Below, one piece after another: positions 53,805-63,699 of a stretch of DNA of 64,000 bases; position 1 is the first letter of the stretch; each line of letters starts with the position of its first letter. Origin of the DNA: an uncultured Arcobacteraceae bacterium (lineage in GTDB: Bacteria; Campylobacterota; Campylobacteria; Campylobacterales; Arcobacteraceae). The translations under genes were made by a program, and so were the position numbers. The DNA lies in the NCBI GenBank assembly GCA_964022095.1, contig CAXHZO010000007.1, positions 19,391-83,390 on the forward strand. The letters run 5' to 3'. The notes beneath the pieces were generated by a model. That model saw only the letters and a program-made list of their open reading frames with translations, made no database searches and was not told where the DNA came from.

Positions 53805-54453
53805 AAATTATTCCATCCTCAATTGATAACTGCCTAAACTTTATTCCTAAGTTTTTAGGTACTCGGTGTGTTACAACAACAACTGTAATCCCTAGTTGTT
53901 CGTTTGCACCTTTTAATAAGTTCCATACTACTTCAGCTGAATAATCATCAAGATTTCCTGTTGGTTCATCCGCAATAATGATTTTAGGGTTGTGTGCTAA
54001 AGCACGTGCAACTGCAACTCTTTGTTGTTCTCCACCACTTAATTCATTTGGATAATATCCAGCTCTATGAGATAATCTTACATGGGCTAATAGTTTTTTT
54101 GCTTGATCTTTTGAAATTTCTGGTGAGTAACCATTTATTTTTAGCGGAATCATAATATTATCTTCAATAGTATATTCATTGATTAGTTTATAATCTTGAA
54201 ATATAACTCCAATATCTTTTCTAAGTTTTCTAAGCTTTTTGCCTTTTATTCCAAAAACTTCTTGATCTTCAATCTTTAAACTACCATGCTTTAAAGGAAT
54301 GTCCCCATAAAATGATTTAAGAAGAGTTGATTTTCCACTACCAGAGTTTCCACCAATAAAAATAAACTCTTTTGGTTTTATAGTAAAATTACCTTTTTTT
54401 ATAATATATTTATTGTCATCATATGATAAATAAATATTTTTTGCTTCAATCAT
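53791..54453 (-). CDS. ftsE: cell-division ATP-binding protein FtsE
   Basis: Walker [10 protein letters not shown], signature LSGGEQQR, Walker [12 protein letters not shown]. Confidence 0.85.
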   Translation of the reverse strand: MIEAKNIYLSYDDNKYIIKKGNFTIKPKEFIFIGGNSGSGKSTLLKSFYGDIPLKHGSLKIEDQEVFGIKGKKLRKLRKDIGVIFQDYKLINEYTIEDNIMIPLKINGYSPEISKDQAKKLLAHVRLSHRAGYYPNELSGGEQQRVAVARALAHNPKIIIADEPTGNLDDYSAEVVWNLLKGANEQLGITVVVVTHRVPKNLGIKFRQLSIEDGIIYEVS

Positions 54454-55652
54454 TTATTCAAAATCTCTTTTATTTTTTTATGTGCATCAATATTTGAACT
54501 TGTAGGTAAAGGATTCCCTTGGAAGTAAGATATTTTTCCATTTTCTACAAATAAGAATTTTGTAACAGGTCTGTCAAAATTACCCATTGTTACTTTAATT
54601 AATCCAGAGTTATTTCTATCTTCAATTGTATAAAGCTCTACAACGTGTACAAAATAGTTTTTCTCTACAATAGTATCAGTGATAACAGTTTTTAAACAAT
54701 TATTAAAATCTATTTCAAAATCAAATGAGAAATCATAATTTAAATTAATATCTTCATCTTCATTCCAAGCTTCTAATACTACATCATAGATATTTTTTCC
54801 CATTTTTTTCCATCTATCTTCATATTTACTTGAAACTTCCAAATCTTTATTTATATCAATTGTTAATCTGCCTTTTGGAAGATTAGTTAATAAATCCATA
54901 CAATAATCAAAATATTTTCTACTATCTGTTCTAAGCTCTAATGTTCCACCAACTTTTAAAACTCTAAGTGCTTCATTAATAAATTCATTTGAATATATTC
55001 TTCTATGGGGTCTTTTATCCCAAGGAACAGGGAAGTGTACAAAAATTTTACCAACCTTATTCGATTTGATAAATTCCATAAAAAGTCTTGCATCATAATT
55101 TACAACTAAAACATTTGTAATATTTTCTAATTCTAAATGCTTAAGTAATTGTTCAATTGAAGGAGTATGAATCTCAAGGCCAATAAATTGCACATCAGGA
55201 TTTTGTTTTGCTTGATATAAAAGATGTCTTCCACTACCAAAACCTATCTCTATTTGTACTTCTTTATCTGTTTGAAAATCTTCAACAAAATAGTTGATAT
55301 CTTTTAAGTATTTATGTTCAACATCGTTTTTAACACCAGTTGTTATGTTAGTATTTGAAAATAAAATCTCACTTTTATTTGCAATTGCATACTTATTTAT
55401 TGCATTTTTCATGATATCAACAGGAGTTACTCTTGTTGTTTTATCAGATTTTAGTAAATAGTCTTCATCTTTTTCTTTTAAACCTAACATGAATTGTCTA
55501 TTTTCATTTGTATCAAGTACACCAATTTTATATTCTGTTTTTCTTGGTTTATCTGTAAAGTTATAAGATTTTGCAATAAAATTAAACTCAACACCATCTA
55601 AAGTTGATGGTGTTTTTAATAAATCTTCTCTTTTTAAAACTAAATGTGGCAT
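54450..55652 (-). CDS. trmB: tRNA (guanine46-N7)-methyltransferase, long Campylobacterota form
   Basis: Central SAM fold IEIGFGSGRHLL. FPVPWDKRPHRR motif (TrmB DPWxK-type). Confidence 0.8.
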   Translation of the reverse strand: MPHLVLKREDLLKTPSTLDGVEFNFIAKSYNFTDKPRKTEYKIGVLDTNENRQFMLGLKEKDEDYLLKSDKTTRVTPVDIMKNAINKYAIANKSEILFSNTNITTGVKNDVEHKYLKDINYFVEDFQTDKEVQIEIGFGSGRHLLYQAKQNPDVQFIGLEIHTPSIEQLLKHLELENITNVLVVNYDARLFMEFIKSNKVGKIFVHFPVPWDKRPHRRIYSNEFINEALRVLKVGGTLELRTDSRKYFDYCMDLLTNLPKGRLTIDINKDLEVSSKYEDRWKKMGKNIYDVVLEAWNEDEDINLNYDFSFDFEIDFNNCLKTVITDTIVEKNYFVHVVELYTIEDRNNSGLIKVTMGNFDRPVTKFLFVENGKISYFQGNPLPTSSNIDAHKKIKEILNK

Positions 55653-55662
55653 TGCTTACTTT

Positions 55663-56949
55663 TTATTTTAAAGTTTGAGTTTTTGGTATTGTTAATAGTG
55701 CCTCTTCAGTCTTCTCTGAAATTAAACCATTAGGATCATTTGCTTGAATAGAGTATTGGTACTCAACTCCACTGATAATATCAGTGTCTTCAAATCTTAA
55801 ACCTTTAATATCAGTATATTTTACTGTTTTATACTCTAAGAAGTTTATTTTAATTTTTTTATAAACATTGTATGAAATAGCTCTATTATCTCCTGGAGTC
55901 CAGTTTAAAATAGCTTTATTCCCTTGAATTTGAGCAAGTGTAATTACTGGTTTTGCAGGTTTACCTAAAGTTTTACCTTCTTCTGCATCTACTTTCATAT
56001 TACTAAATAAACCATCTTTATCAACTGCATAAACTTTGTAGTAATACTTTTTATTATCATCATTAACTTTATCTGTGATACTTAATGTATCAGCTTTAAC
56101 TTCATGCTCTTTACTAAATCCTAAAGTTTTAAAAGGACTTCTATAAATTGCATATTTAACTACATCTTCTGTAGGTGAAGCATTCCAAGTAACTTCAATC
56201 TTTTTTGCATAATTATCACTAGCATTTACACTATTTGGACCTATAGGTAAGGCTTTTGTTTTTCCAATAACTGATTTTGATGGTTCAGATGGAACATCAT
56301 TAAAATCATAAGCAATAACTCTGTATTTTCCACTTTCACTGTTGTCTAATCCATCATCTATATATTCTACTTGAAGTCTTCCTTCAACTTTTGCTAAATT
56401 ATCCCATTCATTCGTTTTTAAATTAAATTTTTGAATTTGATAATATTCAACTGTTTTATCTTGGTGTGGTCTCCAAAGAACTTTGATTCTATTTGGTAAC
56501 TCTGAAACTGCTTGAGTAAAACTAACAGCAGTAAGTCTTGGTAATGTTTGTACTAAGTAAGCATCTGTAGTATTTGATTCAACACCTTCTTTAGTTCTTG
56601 ATGAAATTTGATAAATATATTTTGTATTTGGTTCTAGTCCCGAATCAACATAATGAGTAGCATATCTGTTTTTTAATGATTTAACTAATTTTAAAGTTCT
56701 TCCATCTTTAAGTACATCAGATCTATAAAAGTTATAACCTATAACTCTAGGGTCTTCAACTTTTTGCCATTCAAAAGCAATAGCTGTGATGTCTGAAATA
56801 GATTTAATAGAATCTTTCTTAATCATTTCAAGTGATGTATCAATTTTAGGTTTTACAGTAGGTGTATTTAAATTATTATTTAAATTATTACATCCACTAA
56901 ATAAAATCATTAAAGTTGCTAATGATGCTGTTTTCATCAATGTTGTCAT
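55663..56949 (-). CDS. fibronectin type III repeat lipoprotein
   Basis: Lipobox LFSGC, then about four FN3-like repeats with recurring W..(V/P)...V.(G/K)Y.(I/F)YR and Y.Y.V.A motifs. Confidence 0.65.
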   Translation of the reverse strand: MTTLMKTASLATLMILFSGCNNLNNNLNTPTVKPKIDTSLEMIKKDSIKSISDITAIAFEWQKVEDPRVIGYNFYRSDVLKDGRTLKLVKSLKNRYATHYVDSGLEPNTKYIYQISSRTKEGVESNTTDAYLVQTLPRLTAVSFTQAVSELPNRIKVLWRPHQDKTVEYYQIQKFNLKTNEWDNLAKVEGRLQVEYIDDGLDNSESGKYRVIAYDFNDVPSEPSKSVIGKTKALPIGPNSVNASDNYAKKIEVTWNASPTEDVVKYAIYRSPFKTLGFSKEHEVKADTLSITDKVNDDNKKYYYKVYAVDKDGLFSNMKVDAEEGKTLGKPAKPVITLAQIQGNKAILNWTPGDNRAISYNVYKKIKINFLEYKTVKYTDIKGLRFEDTDIISGVEYQYSIQANDPNGLISEKTEEALLTIPKTQTLK

Positions 56950-57883
56950 TCATGTTCTCCATATTAAAATTTTCATTTAGAAATTTACTTATATCTTCAG
57001 GTAAGTCTGCTTTAAAACTCATTTCCTTTTTAGTTATTGGATGAGTTAAATATAAATTATAAGCATGTAAATAAAATCTATTTATTTTATTAAAATTGCC
57101 CTTAAAACCATATAAAGTGTCCCCAAGTATATGCCTATTTATCGAACTTAGGTGCACTCTTATTTGATGAGTTCGTCCAGTAAATAGTTTTGCTGCAATT
57201 AGTTCAAACTTTTCATTTTTGCTTTGCGTTATTTTTAGGAAAGCTGATTTAGCATTCCTACCATTTTGTTCAATTGACATTTTTAGTCTATTATTGGGAT
57301 TTCTTCCAATAGGTTTATCAATAACACAATTGTCTTTTAGTGGTAAATCAATTATGGCAAGATAATATCTACCCATACTTTTCTCTTCTAATTGTTTTGC
57401 TAAGCCACTATGTGCTTCATTTGTTTTTGCTACAACCATAACTCCACTAGTACCTTTATCAAGTCTATGAACTATTCCATGTCTCTCTTCACCACTAATT
57501 GTAGAAAGAGATATGTTTTTTAGTTTCAACCAATCAACTAAAGTTGCATCTTTTACACTTGGTGCATCATGCACTGTTAAATTATAGGGTTTATTTAAAA
57601 CCAAAATATAATCATCTTCATAAATGATTTTAATCTCTTTATCGCTCAAAGATTCTTTTATAAATTCTTCATCTTTTACTTTACTAATCTCAGCTTCAGG
57701 AAAATTCACATCAATTTTTTGATCGACTTTTAATTTAAATCCAGTTTTTGTAATATTTTTATCATCAACTTTTACAAAACCTTTTTTTATCAGTTGCTCT
57801 ATTTGGTTCCTTGAGGCGTCTATTTTAGAGGCTAAAAATTTATCTAATCTATTTTCGCTCTCAACAATAAAATTTTTATTCAT
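56897..57883 (-). CDS. rluD: 23S rRNA pseudouridine synthase, RluD/RluA family
   Basis: S4 domain (RLDKFLA), catalytic HRLDKGTSGV, and GRTHQIR. Start placed at ATG 57883 (SD AAAGAG upstream). The ORF track extends to TTG 57919, which would overlap rodA. Confidence 0.85.
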   Translation of the reverse strand: MNKNFIVESENRLDKFLASKIDASRNQIEQLIKKGFVKVDDKNITKTGFKLKVDQKIDVNFPEAEISKVKDEEFIKESLSDKEIKIIYEDDYILVLNKPYNLTVHDAPSVKDATLVDWLKLKNISLSTISGEERHGIVHRLDKGTSGVMVVAKTNEAHSGLAKQLEEKSMGRYYLAIIDLPLKDNCVIDKPIGRNPNNRLKMSIEQNGRNAKSAFLKITQSKNEKFELIAAKLFTGRTHQIRVHLSSINRHILGDTLYGFKGNFNKINRFYLHAYNLYLTHPITKKEMSFKADLPEDISKFLNENFNMENMNDNIDENSIISNFNDFI

Positions 57884-57902
57884 ATTTGGGTACTCTTTCA
57901 CT

Positions 57903-59009
57903 ATGCGTTTATTTGACAAAAGAATTTTATCTCATTTTGATTATCTGTTAATCATATTTGTTTTGCCATTAATATTTTTATCTTACCGTTTAGTAAGTGA
58001 AACAAATGAAATATTAGCGAATAAACAATTAATGTATTTTAGTATTTCTATTTTTGCTTTTATGATAGTGTTTATTTTACCTATTAGAAGGAAATTAAGA
58101 TTAATACCTATTTTATATTGGTTTGGGATATTTTTACTACTAGCTGTTGAATTTTGGGGAGTTACTAAACTTGGAGCTAAAAGATGGCTACCACTTCCTA
58201 TTTTAGGCACTACAATGCAGCCCTCAGAGTTAATCAAACCAGTTTATATATTAATGCTTGGTTATTTGATTTATAATAGACCTCCACCAAAAGAGGGATA
58301 TGGAATTAAAGATTTTACATATTTTTCTTTTTATATTTTATTACCATTTATTTTAATTGCAAAAGAACCTGATTTAGGTACAGCTTTAGTATTATTGTTA
58401 GTTGGTTATGGAATTTTATTTATTATTGGGGTTAATTGGAAAATTTGGGCAAGTATTGTACTTGTTATATCTGTTTCTTCACCATTTATTTATACATATT
58501 TAATAAAAGATTACCAGAAAAAAAGAATAAAAGATTTTATATCAGAAAAACCAAGTTATCACGTTCAACAATCAATTATTGCAATTGGTTCTGGTGGACT
58601 TGTTGGAAAACAAAGTGAAGAAGCAACTCAAACACAATTGAAGTTTTTACCTATTGCAACAAGTGATTTTATCTTTGCATATTTTGTAGAAAGATATGGT
58701 TTTTTAGGTGCAATTGGATTAATTATTCTTTATGGATTAATTATCATGCATCTTCTTAGTTTGAACTATTATTTTAAAGATGATTACGTCATACGGGTTT
58801 TTGCCTCCGGATTAGCATTATTGATATTTTTTAATATGAGTGTTAATATTTTGATGGTTATTGGTTTTGCACCAGTTGTTGGACTTCCATTGCCCTTGTT
58901 TTCATATGGAGGAAGTTCTTTTATAAACTTTATAGTTATATTTGCTATTTTGGAAAATCTTTTAGCTTTTAGGTATAAGGATTTATACAATTATGAAAGA
59001 AATTTATAA
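57903..59009 (+). CDS. mrdB: SEDS-family peptidoglycan polymerase RodA
   Basis: N-terminal FDKRILSHFDYLL, 10 TM layout, conserved PSELIKP, QSIIAIGSGGLVGKQ, TDFIFA and LPLFSYGGSS. Confidence 0.85.
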   Translation: MRLFDKRILSHFDYLLIIFVLPLIFLSYRLVSETNEILANKQLMYFSISIFAFMIVFILPIRRKLRLIPILYWFGIFLLLAVEFWGVTKLGAKRWLPLPILGTTMQPSELIKPVYILMLGYLIYNRPPPKEGYGIKDFTYFSFYILLPFILIAKEPDLGTALVLLLVGYGILFIIGVNWKIWASIVLVISVSSPFIYTYLIKDYQKKRIKDFISEKPSYHVQQSIIAIGSGGLVGKQSEEATQTQLKFLPIATSDFIFAYFVERYGFLGAIGLIILYGLIIMHLLSLNYYFKDDYVIRVFASGLALLIFFNMSVNILMVIGFAPVVGLPLPLFSYGGSSFINFIVIFAILENLLAFRYKDLYNYERNL

Positions 59010-59012
59010 AAT

Positions 59013-59035
59013 AAGGACGAGTTACAACTCTCCTT
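59013..59035. terminator. hairpin in the convergent rodA / membrane-protein junction
   Basis: AAGGA-c-GAG / CTC-TCCTT with a 6-nt loop. On the minus strand it is followed by an ATTTTAT run. Overlaps the minus gene stop. Confidence 0.35.
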
Positions 59036-59705
59036 GTTGTCTTAAAATCTCTTTTAATATATCTAAATCATAAATACTTTCTCCACACGCTGTTTTATCT
59101 GTAATTATTGTTATTAGATTATTTTCATCTTTATTAATATATTTATAGTTTAATATATAGTCTTTTTTTAATATCTCTAAAGTACTATCAGCCTCACACA
59201 AAGAGTTTTGTACTTGTTTTTTTAATTTTCTTTTTGCCCTTTGATCTAAAGAATCAAATCTTAGAAATTTATAAACATAAGATATTATTTTATCATTTTT
59301 ATTTATATCAACTAGTTGTGTATTAGAATCAACTGTAATTGGTAGGTTTTCTTTGAAGTATTCTATCTCTTTATTGATTGAATAGTCTTCTAAATAATGA
59401 CTTTCAAAGTTATCCATAAAAAAAGTAATATTAAAAAATAGATTTATTGTAATTGCAATTTTTGCTAGATATCCCCATATTTTAGAACCTTCAAATCTAT
59501 TGGCACTTTTGAAAATAGCAATAAATATAAAAAATGTATAAACTAAAATTAGTGCAAAATATATTAGCGTTAAACTATTATCCAAGTTGAAGTTTGGAGT
59601 AATAAAATATTCAAGAATTAAAGTAACTAATATAAACCAAACCCAAAAAGTTATTTTTAGAGGAATTTGCCCTTTTACTAATTTAAATAAATACTTTTTT
59701 ATCAT
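59022..59705 (-). CDS. hypothetical membrane-anchored protein
   Basis: 227 aa with three N-terminal TM helices and a soluble C-terminal domain. No recognised motif. Confidence 0.45.
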   Translation of the reverse strand: MIKKYLFKLVKGQIPLKITFWVWFILVTLILEYFITPNFNLDNSLTLIYFALILVYTFFIFIAIFKSANRFEGSKIWGYLAKIAITINLFFNITFFMDNFESHYLEDYSINKEIEYFKENLPITVDSNTQLVDINKNDKIISYVYKFLRFDSLDQRAKRKLKKQVQNSLCEADSTLEILKKDYILNYKYINKDENNLITIITDKTACGESIYDLDILKEILRQQGEL

Positions 59706-59717
59706 CTCAAATAGCCT

Positions 59718-60488
59718 TTAATATAATCTATAACTAACATTAAATCTTAATTTTGTAGTTGTTTTAGGTCTTGGGTAATCTTTATATGCAATTTCAATTA
59801 ATTCTAATGTATATTCATCAAAAACTTCATATCCAGAACTATCAATTATTTTTAATTTACTTATATTTCCATTTGGATGAAATAAAAACTCTACTATATT
59901 TGTACCAGATAGTCTCATCTTAGCCGCAATTCTAGGATAACCAAGTCTATTTAACACTCTTTGTGTAATTACTTGAAAATTATTAATATTTTTTTCTAAA
60001 TATGCTTTTTGAACTTTTGTAAAGTTTTCATATTCTCTGCCATAAAGCCTTTGTAATTTATTTAATATCTTCTTATCGACAGGATCTTTTTGTGCTAAAA
60101 AATCTTCTAAAGTTTTCTCTTGAACTGTAGGTTTATTTTTAACTACTTGTTCTTTTAAAACTTTTTTTTGAAACTCTTTTGCTTCTTTTACAACTTTCTT
60201 TTTTCTTTTTTCTTGAAATTTTATATTTTTCTTTGCTTTAATATACTTTTTAGTGGGTTTTTTAACTGTCTTTTTAACTACTTTTTTAGGAGTAGGTTTT
60301 TTAGCTGGTTTCTTTACAATTTTTTTAGGTTCTGCTTTTTTTAATTTTACATATTTAATATCTGATTTTTTTACGTTTTTTTCTATGTTAGTTTCATTTT
60401 TTTTGATAATTTCTTCGTTTTTATAGTTGTTAAAAAGAAGTAAGTGCATTGATATTGAAATAATAAAAGCTAATATAATAAGTTTCAT
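59718..60488 (-). CDS. tonB: TonB-family energy transducer
   Basis: Start reassigned to ATG 60488 (MKLIILAFIISISMHLLLF TM anchor). Lys/Pro-rich spacer KKPAKKPTPKKVVKKTVKKPTKK. C-terminal TonB_C-like domain (YPRIAAKMRLSGTNIVEF...). Confidence 0.75.
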   Translation of the reverse strand: MKLIILAFIISISMHLLLFNNYKNEEIIKKNETNIEKNVKKSDIKYVKLKKAEPKKIVKKPAKKPTPKKVVKKTVKKPTKKYIKAKKNIKFQEKRKKKVVKEAKEFQKKVLKEQVVKNKPTVQEKTLEDFLAQKDPVDKKILNKLQRLYGREYENFTKVQKAYLEKNINNFQVITQRVLNRLGYPRIAAKMRLSGTNIVEFLFHPNGNISKLKIIDSSGYEVFDEYTLELIEIAYKDYPRPKTTTKLRFNVSYRLY

Positions 60489-60541
60489 AACGGGATTATA
60501 GTACAATATCAATAATAAATGATTAATAGAGGATATTTTTA

Positions 60542-61825
60542 ATGTTTGACAAGTCAATAAAAGCATATGAAGAAGCTTGTAATGTAATACCTGGAGGAGT
60601 TGACTCACCAGTTAGAGCTTTTAAAAGTGTTGGAGGAACTCCACCGTTTATTCAAAAAGGTGAGGGTGCTTATTTATACGATGTAGATGGAAATAAATAC
60701 TTAGATTTTGTACAGTCTTGGGGACCATTAATTTTTGGTCATTGTGATAAAGATATTGAAGAAGCTGTAATAAAAACAGTAAAAAATGGTTTATCTTTTG
60801 GTGCACCAAGTGAACTTGAAACTCAATTAGCAACAGAAATTGTTGAGATGTATGATTATATTGATAAAGTTAGATTTGTAAGTTCAGGAACAGAGGCAAC
60901 TATGAGTGCTATTAGATTAGCAAGAGGTGTAACAGGAAAAGATAACATTTTAAAATTTGAGGGTTGTTATCATGGTCATTCTGATTCTCTTTTAGTTCAA
61001 GCAGGTTCTGGTTTAGCTACATTTGGAACTCCAAGTTCTCCTGGAGTACCAGCTGATTTAACAAAACATACTTTACTTTGTGAATATAATAATATTGAAA
61101 ACTTAGAAAAGTGTTTTGAGCAAAGTGATGATATTGCTTGTATTATAATTGAGCCAATCGCTGGTAATATGGGTTTTGTTCCTGGAAATGCTGAGTTTTT
61201 GAAAGCTTGTAGAGATTTATGTGATAAGCATGGTGCATTACTAATTTTTGATGAAGTTATGACAGGATTTAGAACAAGTTTAACTGGTGCAAGTGGTTTA
61301 TATGAAACAAATGCAGATATTATTACTTTTGGAAAAGTAATTGGTGCAGGTATGCCTGTTGGTGCTTTTGCTTCAAGTAAAGAGATAATGGGACACTTGT
61401 CTCCTGATGGTGCAGTTTATCAAGCAGGAACACTAAGTGGTAATCCAGTTGCAATGGCAGCAGGATTAGTGAGCTTAAGAAAAATAAAATCAACAGAAAA
61501 TTTATATGAAGATTTAAATGCAAAAGCAGTTAAATTAGTAAATGGATTAAAAGAAGTAGCAACTAAAAACGGTGTAGGATTACAAGTTGATACAAGAGGA
61601 AGTATGTTTGGTTTCTTCTTTGCAGATAAGATGCCTACAAACTTTAAAGAAGTTAGTTCATTATGTAATTTTGATAGATTTGCAACTTTCCATCATGAGA
61701 TGATTAAAAGAGGTTTTTACTTTGCTTGTTCTCAATATGAAGCAGGGTTTATGTGTACTAAAATTACTGATGAAGATATTGAAGCTTGTGTTAATGCAGC
61801 CGATGAAATTATGAAGAACTTTTAA
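60542..61825 (+). CDS. hemL: glutamate-1-semialdehyde 2,1-aminomutase
   Basis: Near-invariant N-terminus ([11 protein letters not shown]). PLP-lysine region [18 protein letters not shown]. 427 aa. Confidence 0.95.
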   Translation: MFDKSIKAYEEACNVIPGGVDSPVRAFKSVGGTPPFIQKGEGAYLYDVDGNKYLDFVQSWGPLIFGHCDKDIEEAVIKTVKNGLSFGAPSELETQLATEIVEMYDYIDKVRFVSSGTEATMSAIRLARGVTGKDNILKFEGCYHGHSDSLLVQAGSGLATFGTPSSPGVPADLTKHTLLCEYNNIENLEKCFEQSDDIACIIIEPIAGNMGFVPGNAEFLKACRDLCDKHGALLIFDEVMTGFRTSLTGASGLYETNADIITFGKVIGAGMPVGAFASSKEIMGHLSPDGAVYQAGTLSGNPVAMAAGLVSLRKIKSTENLYEDLNAKAVKLVNGLKEVATKNGVGLQVDTRGSMFGFFFADKMPTNFKEVSSLCNFDRFATFHHEMIKRGFYFACSQYEAGFMCTKITDEDIEACVNAADEIMKNF

Positions 61826-61836
61826 AAGGAAATAAA

Positions 61837-62154
61837 ATGCCAACATTAAAAAATGTAGAGTTAACAAAAAAAGCAAATATTTATTTTGATGGAAATGTTA
61901 CATCAAGAAGTTTTATTGATGAAAATGGAGTATCAAAATCATTAGGTATTATGATGCCAGGTGAGTATACTTTTGGAACACAAAAAGCTGAACATATGGA
62001 AATTTTAGCTGGAAAAGTTGAAGTTTTAATTGCTTGTGGTGATAGTAATTGGGAAGAGATAAATGCAGGTGAATATTTTGAAGTTCCTTCAAATTGTAGT
62101 TTTGATATTAAAGTATTAGAAATTACAGATTACTGTTGTACATATATAGATTAA
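61837..62154 (+). CDS. ppnP: pyrimidine/purine nucleoside phosphorylase PpnP (DUF1255)
   Basis: 105 aa cupin. ANIYFDGNVTSR and GEYTFGT motifs. Confidence 0.8.
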   Translation: MPTLKNVELTKKANIYFDGNVTSRSFIDENGVSKSLGIMMPGEYTFGTQKAEHMEILAGKVEVLIACGDSNWEEINAGEYFEVPSNCSFDIKVLEITDYCCTYID

Positions 62155-62164
62155 TTGGATATTT

Positions 62165-62470
62165 ATGGAAGAAGAAAATAAAAAACCAAAACACCAGGAT
62201 AAAATTGTTGCTTTAGATAATTTATCTTTAGGTATATCTATTGTTGCAGCTATTGTAATTGGATTTGGTGTTGGATATGGATTAAAAGTTCTTACAGGTT
62301 ATACTTGGACTTTATGGATTGGTATTGCTTGGGGTATTTTAGCAGCAGTTTTAAATGTTTATAAGGCTTATAAAAGAGCTCAAAAGCAGTATGAGGGTAT
62401 GGAAAATGACCCTAGATATGCATATAGAGCTAAACATGGTGACAAATCTTACGATGATGATGAAGATTAA
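62165..62470 (+). CDS. AtpZ/AtpI-like small membrane protein
   Basis: Two TM helices in the pattern LSLGISIVAAIVIGFGVGYGL...WIGIAWGILAAVLNVYKAY. Confidence 0.5.
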   Translation: MEEENKKPKHQDKIVALDNLSLGISIVAAIVIGFGVGYGLKVLTGYTWTLWIGIAWGILAAVLNVYKAYKRAQKQYEGMENDPRYAYRAKHGDKSYDDDED

Positions 62471-63002
62471 TCAAGAAATTTTAAATTTTGCAAAGGTCTT
62501 TGTTGTTATTGATCTTTGCTTAATTGTTTATTCAATTGTTTTTCAAGATACAAACTGGCTTATTAATACTCAAGTAGCCTTTATCTCATCATTATTTATA
62601 ACTATTGCTTCTTTTTTATCATATAAAAGAAATATTCAAGGAAGATTATCAAATCTTGATTTATCAAAAACTCCACAAGGTGAAGATAGAGATAAAATAG
62701 ATGAAATAGATGATCCTTATGATTTATATACTGAGTATGAAGAAATTCCAGAAGAAGAGTTAACTACAGAAAAAATAAAAGAGATAATTCAAGATGAAAA
62801 ATCAAAAGTAAAAAAGAATTCATTTAAAAATACACTTTTTTCAGCTGGTGGATTTTTATCTATTTATAGAGTTTTAGGTTATGGTTTCTTATTATTTGGG
62901 TTCTTTGCTTTAAATAATAATAAGATGTTAATTCCAATAGCTTTTATTGTAGGTTTAGGAGTTGTTCCCCTTGGAACATTATTATCAAAGCTAAAAAAAT
63001 AG
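62454..63002 (+). CDS. hypothetical membrane protein
   Basis: Start moved to the ATG cluster 62454-62462 (MMMKINQEIL), overlapping the upstream stop. Four TM helices flank an acidic loop. Confidence 0.45.
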   Translation: MMMKINQEILNFAKVFVVIDLCLIVYSIVFQDTNWLINTQVAFISSLFITIASFLSYKRNIQGRLSNLDLSKTPQGEDRDKIDEIDDPYDLYTEYEEIPEEELTTEKIKEIIQDEKSKVKKNSFKNTLFSAGGFLSIYRVLGYGFLLFGFFALNNNKMLIPIAFIVGLGVVPLGTLLSKLKK

Positions 63003-63015
63003 CTTTGATATTTTA

Positions 63016-63696
63016 TTAAAGAATTAGTGGTAGATCAATTATAATCTTATTCTCTTCGCAAGTTAAGATTATAGAACTGTCATCTTTAGTATTTAAATTA
63101 GTTGTATTTATCTGTTCATCACTTGAAATTTCAACACTAATTAAAGAGTATTTTTTACCCTCAATTTTTATATATTCACCAATTTTTAACATGATAGAAC
63201 AAGTAATATTATGACAACTAGCAAAGCTTTCAAATACTTGTCCTAAAGTTTTGATAAATAAACTAGCATCTAGTTTAAATTCTGGAATCGATGGATCATA
63301 GTTTTTTACATAATTTGCATTAGTTTTAATTTTACTAGTTGAAATAGCTAAATCAACTAATGTAAATATATTTGTTGTATTGATGTTTTTAATATTTAAT
63401 TTATTCTCTTTTTTAACCATAGCACTTTTATATAACTTCATATGAATCTCATCTTCATCTTGATACATTACAGTTACCGCATAGAATGTATAATTCTTTA
63501 AAGATAAATCAATGTATGAAGTATTCGCTCCAAAAGTTTTAGGTGCATATGTTAAAGCCAAGTCAAAAAGCTCTTTAGATTTTATTCTATTTAATAAAAA
63601 CTGAGCTTCTGAGTTGGAAAAAGTTATTTTACCTGAAGAAGAAAAAGAGATAATTGGATTTAAATCTAATTCTACCCATTCTTCAAAAAAATTCAT
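63016..63696 (-). CDS. hypothetical protein downstream of rpoD (PAS-like N-terminus, degenerate HATPase-like C-terminus by eye)
   Basis: 226 aa ORF, 3 nt after the rpoD stop region. No H-box and no Gly-rich ATP lid. Confidence 0.4.
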   Translation of the reverse strand: MNFFEEWVELDLNPIISFSSSGKITFSNSEAQFLLNRIKSKELFDLALTYAPKTFGANTSYIDLSLKNYTFYAVTVMYQDEDEIHMKLYKSAMVKKENKLNIKNINTTNIFTLVDLAISTSKIKTNANYVKNYDPSIPEFKLDASLFIKTLGQVFESFASCHNITCSIMLKIGEYIKIEGKKYSLISVEISSDEQINTTNLNTKDDSSIILTCEENKIIIDLPLIL

Positions 63697-63699
63697 ATT

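Noticed and set aside
60489-60608. N-terminal 40-codon extension of the tonB ORF ([14 protein letters not shown]...).
   Set aside because: It overlaps the hemL coding start on the opposite strand and is a Leu/His-rich antisense-type sequence. The natural TonB membrane anchor begins at the internal ATG 60488.
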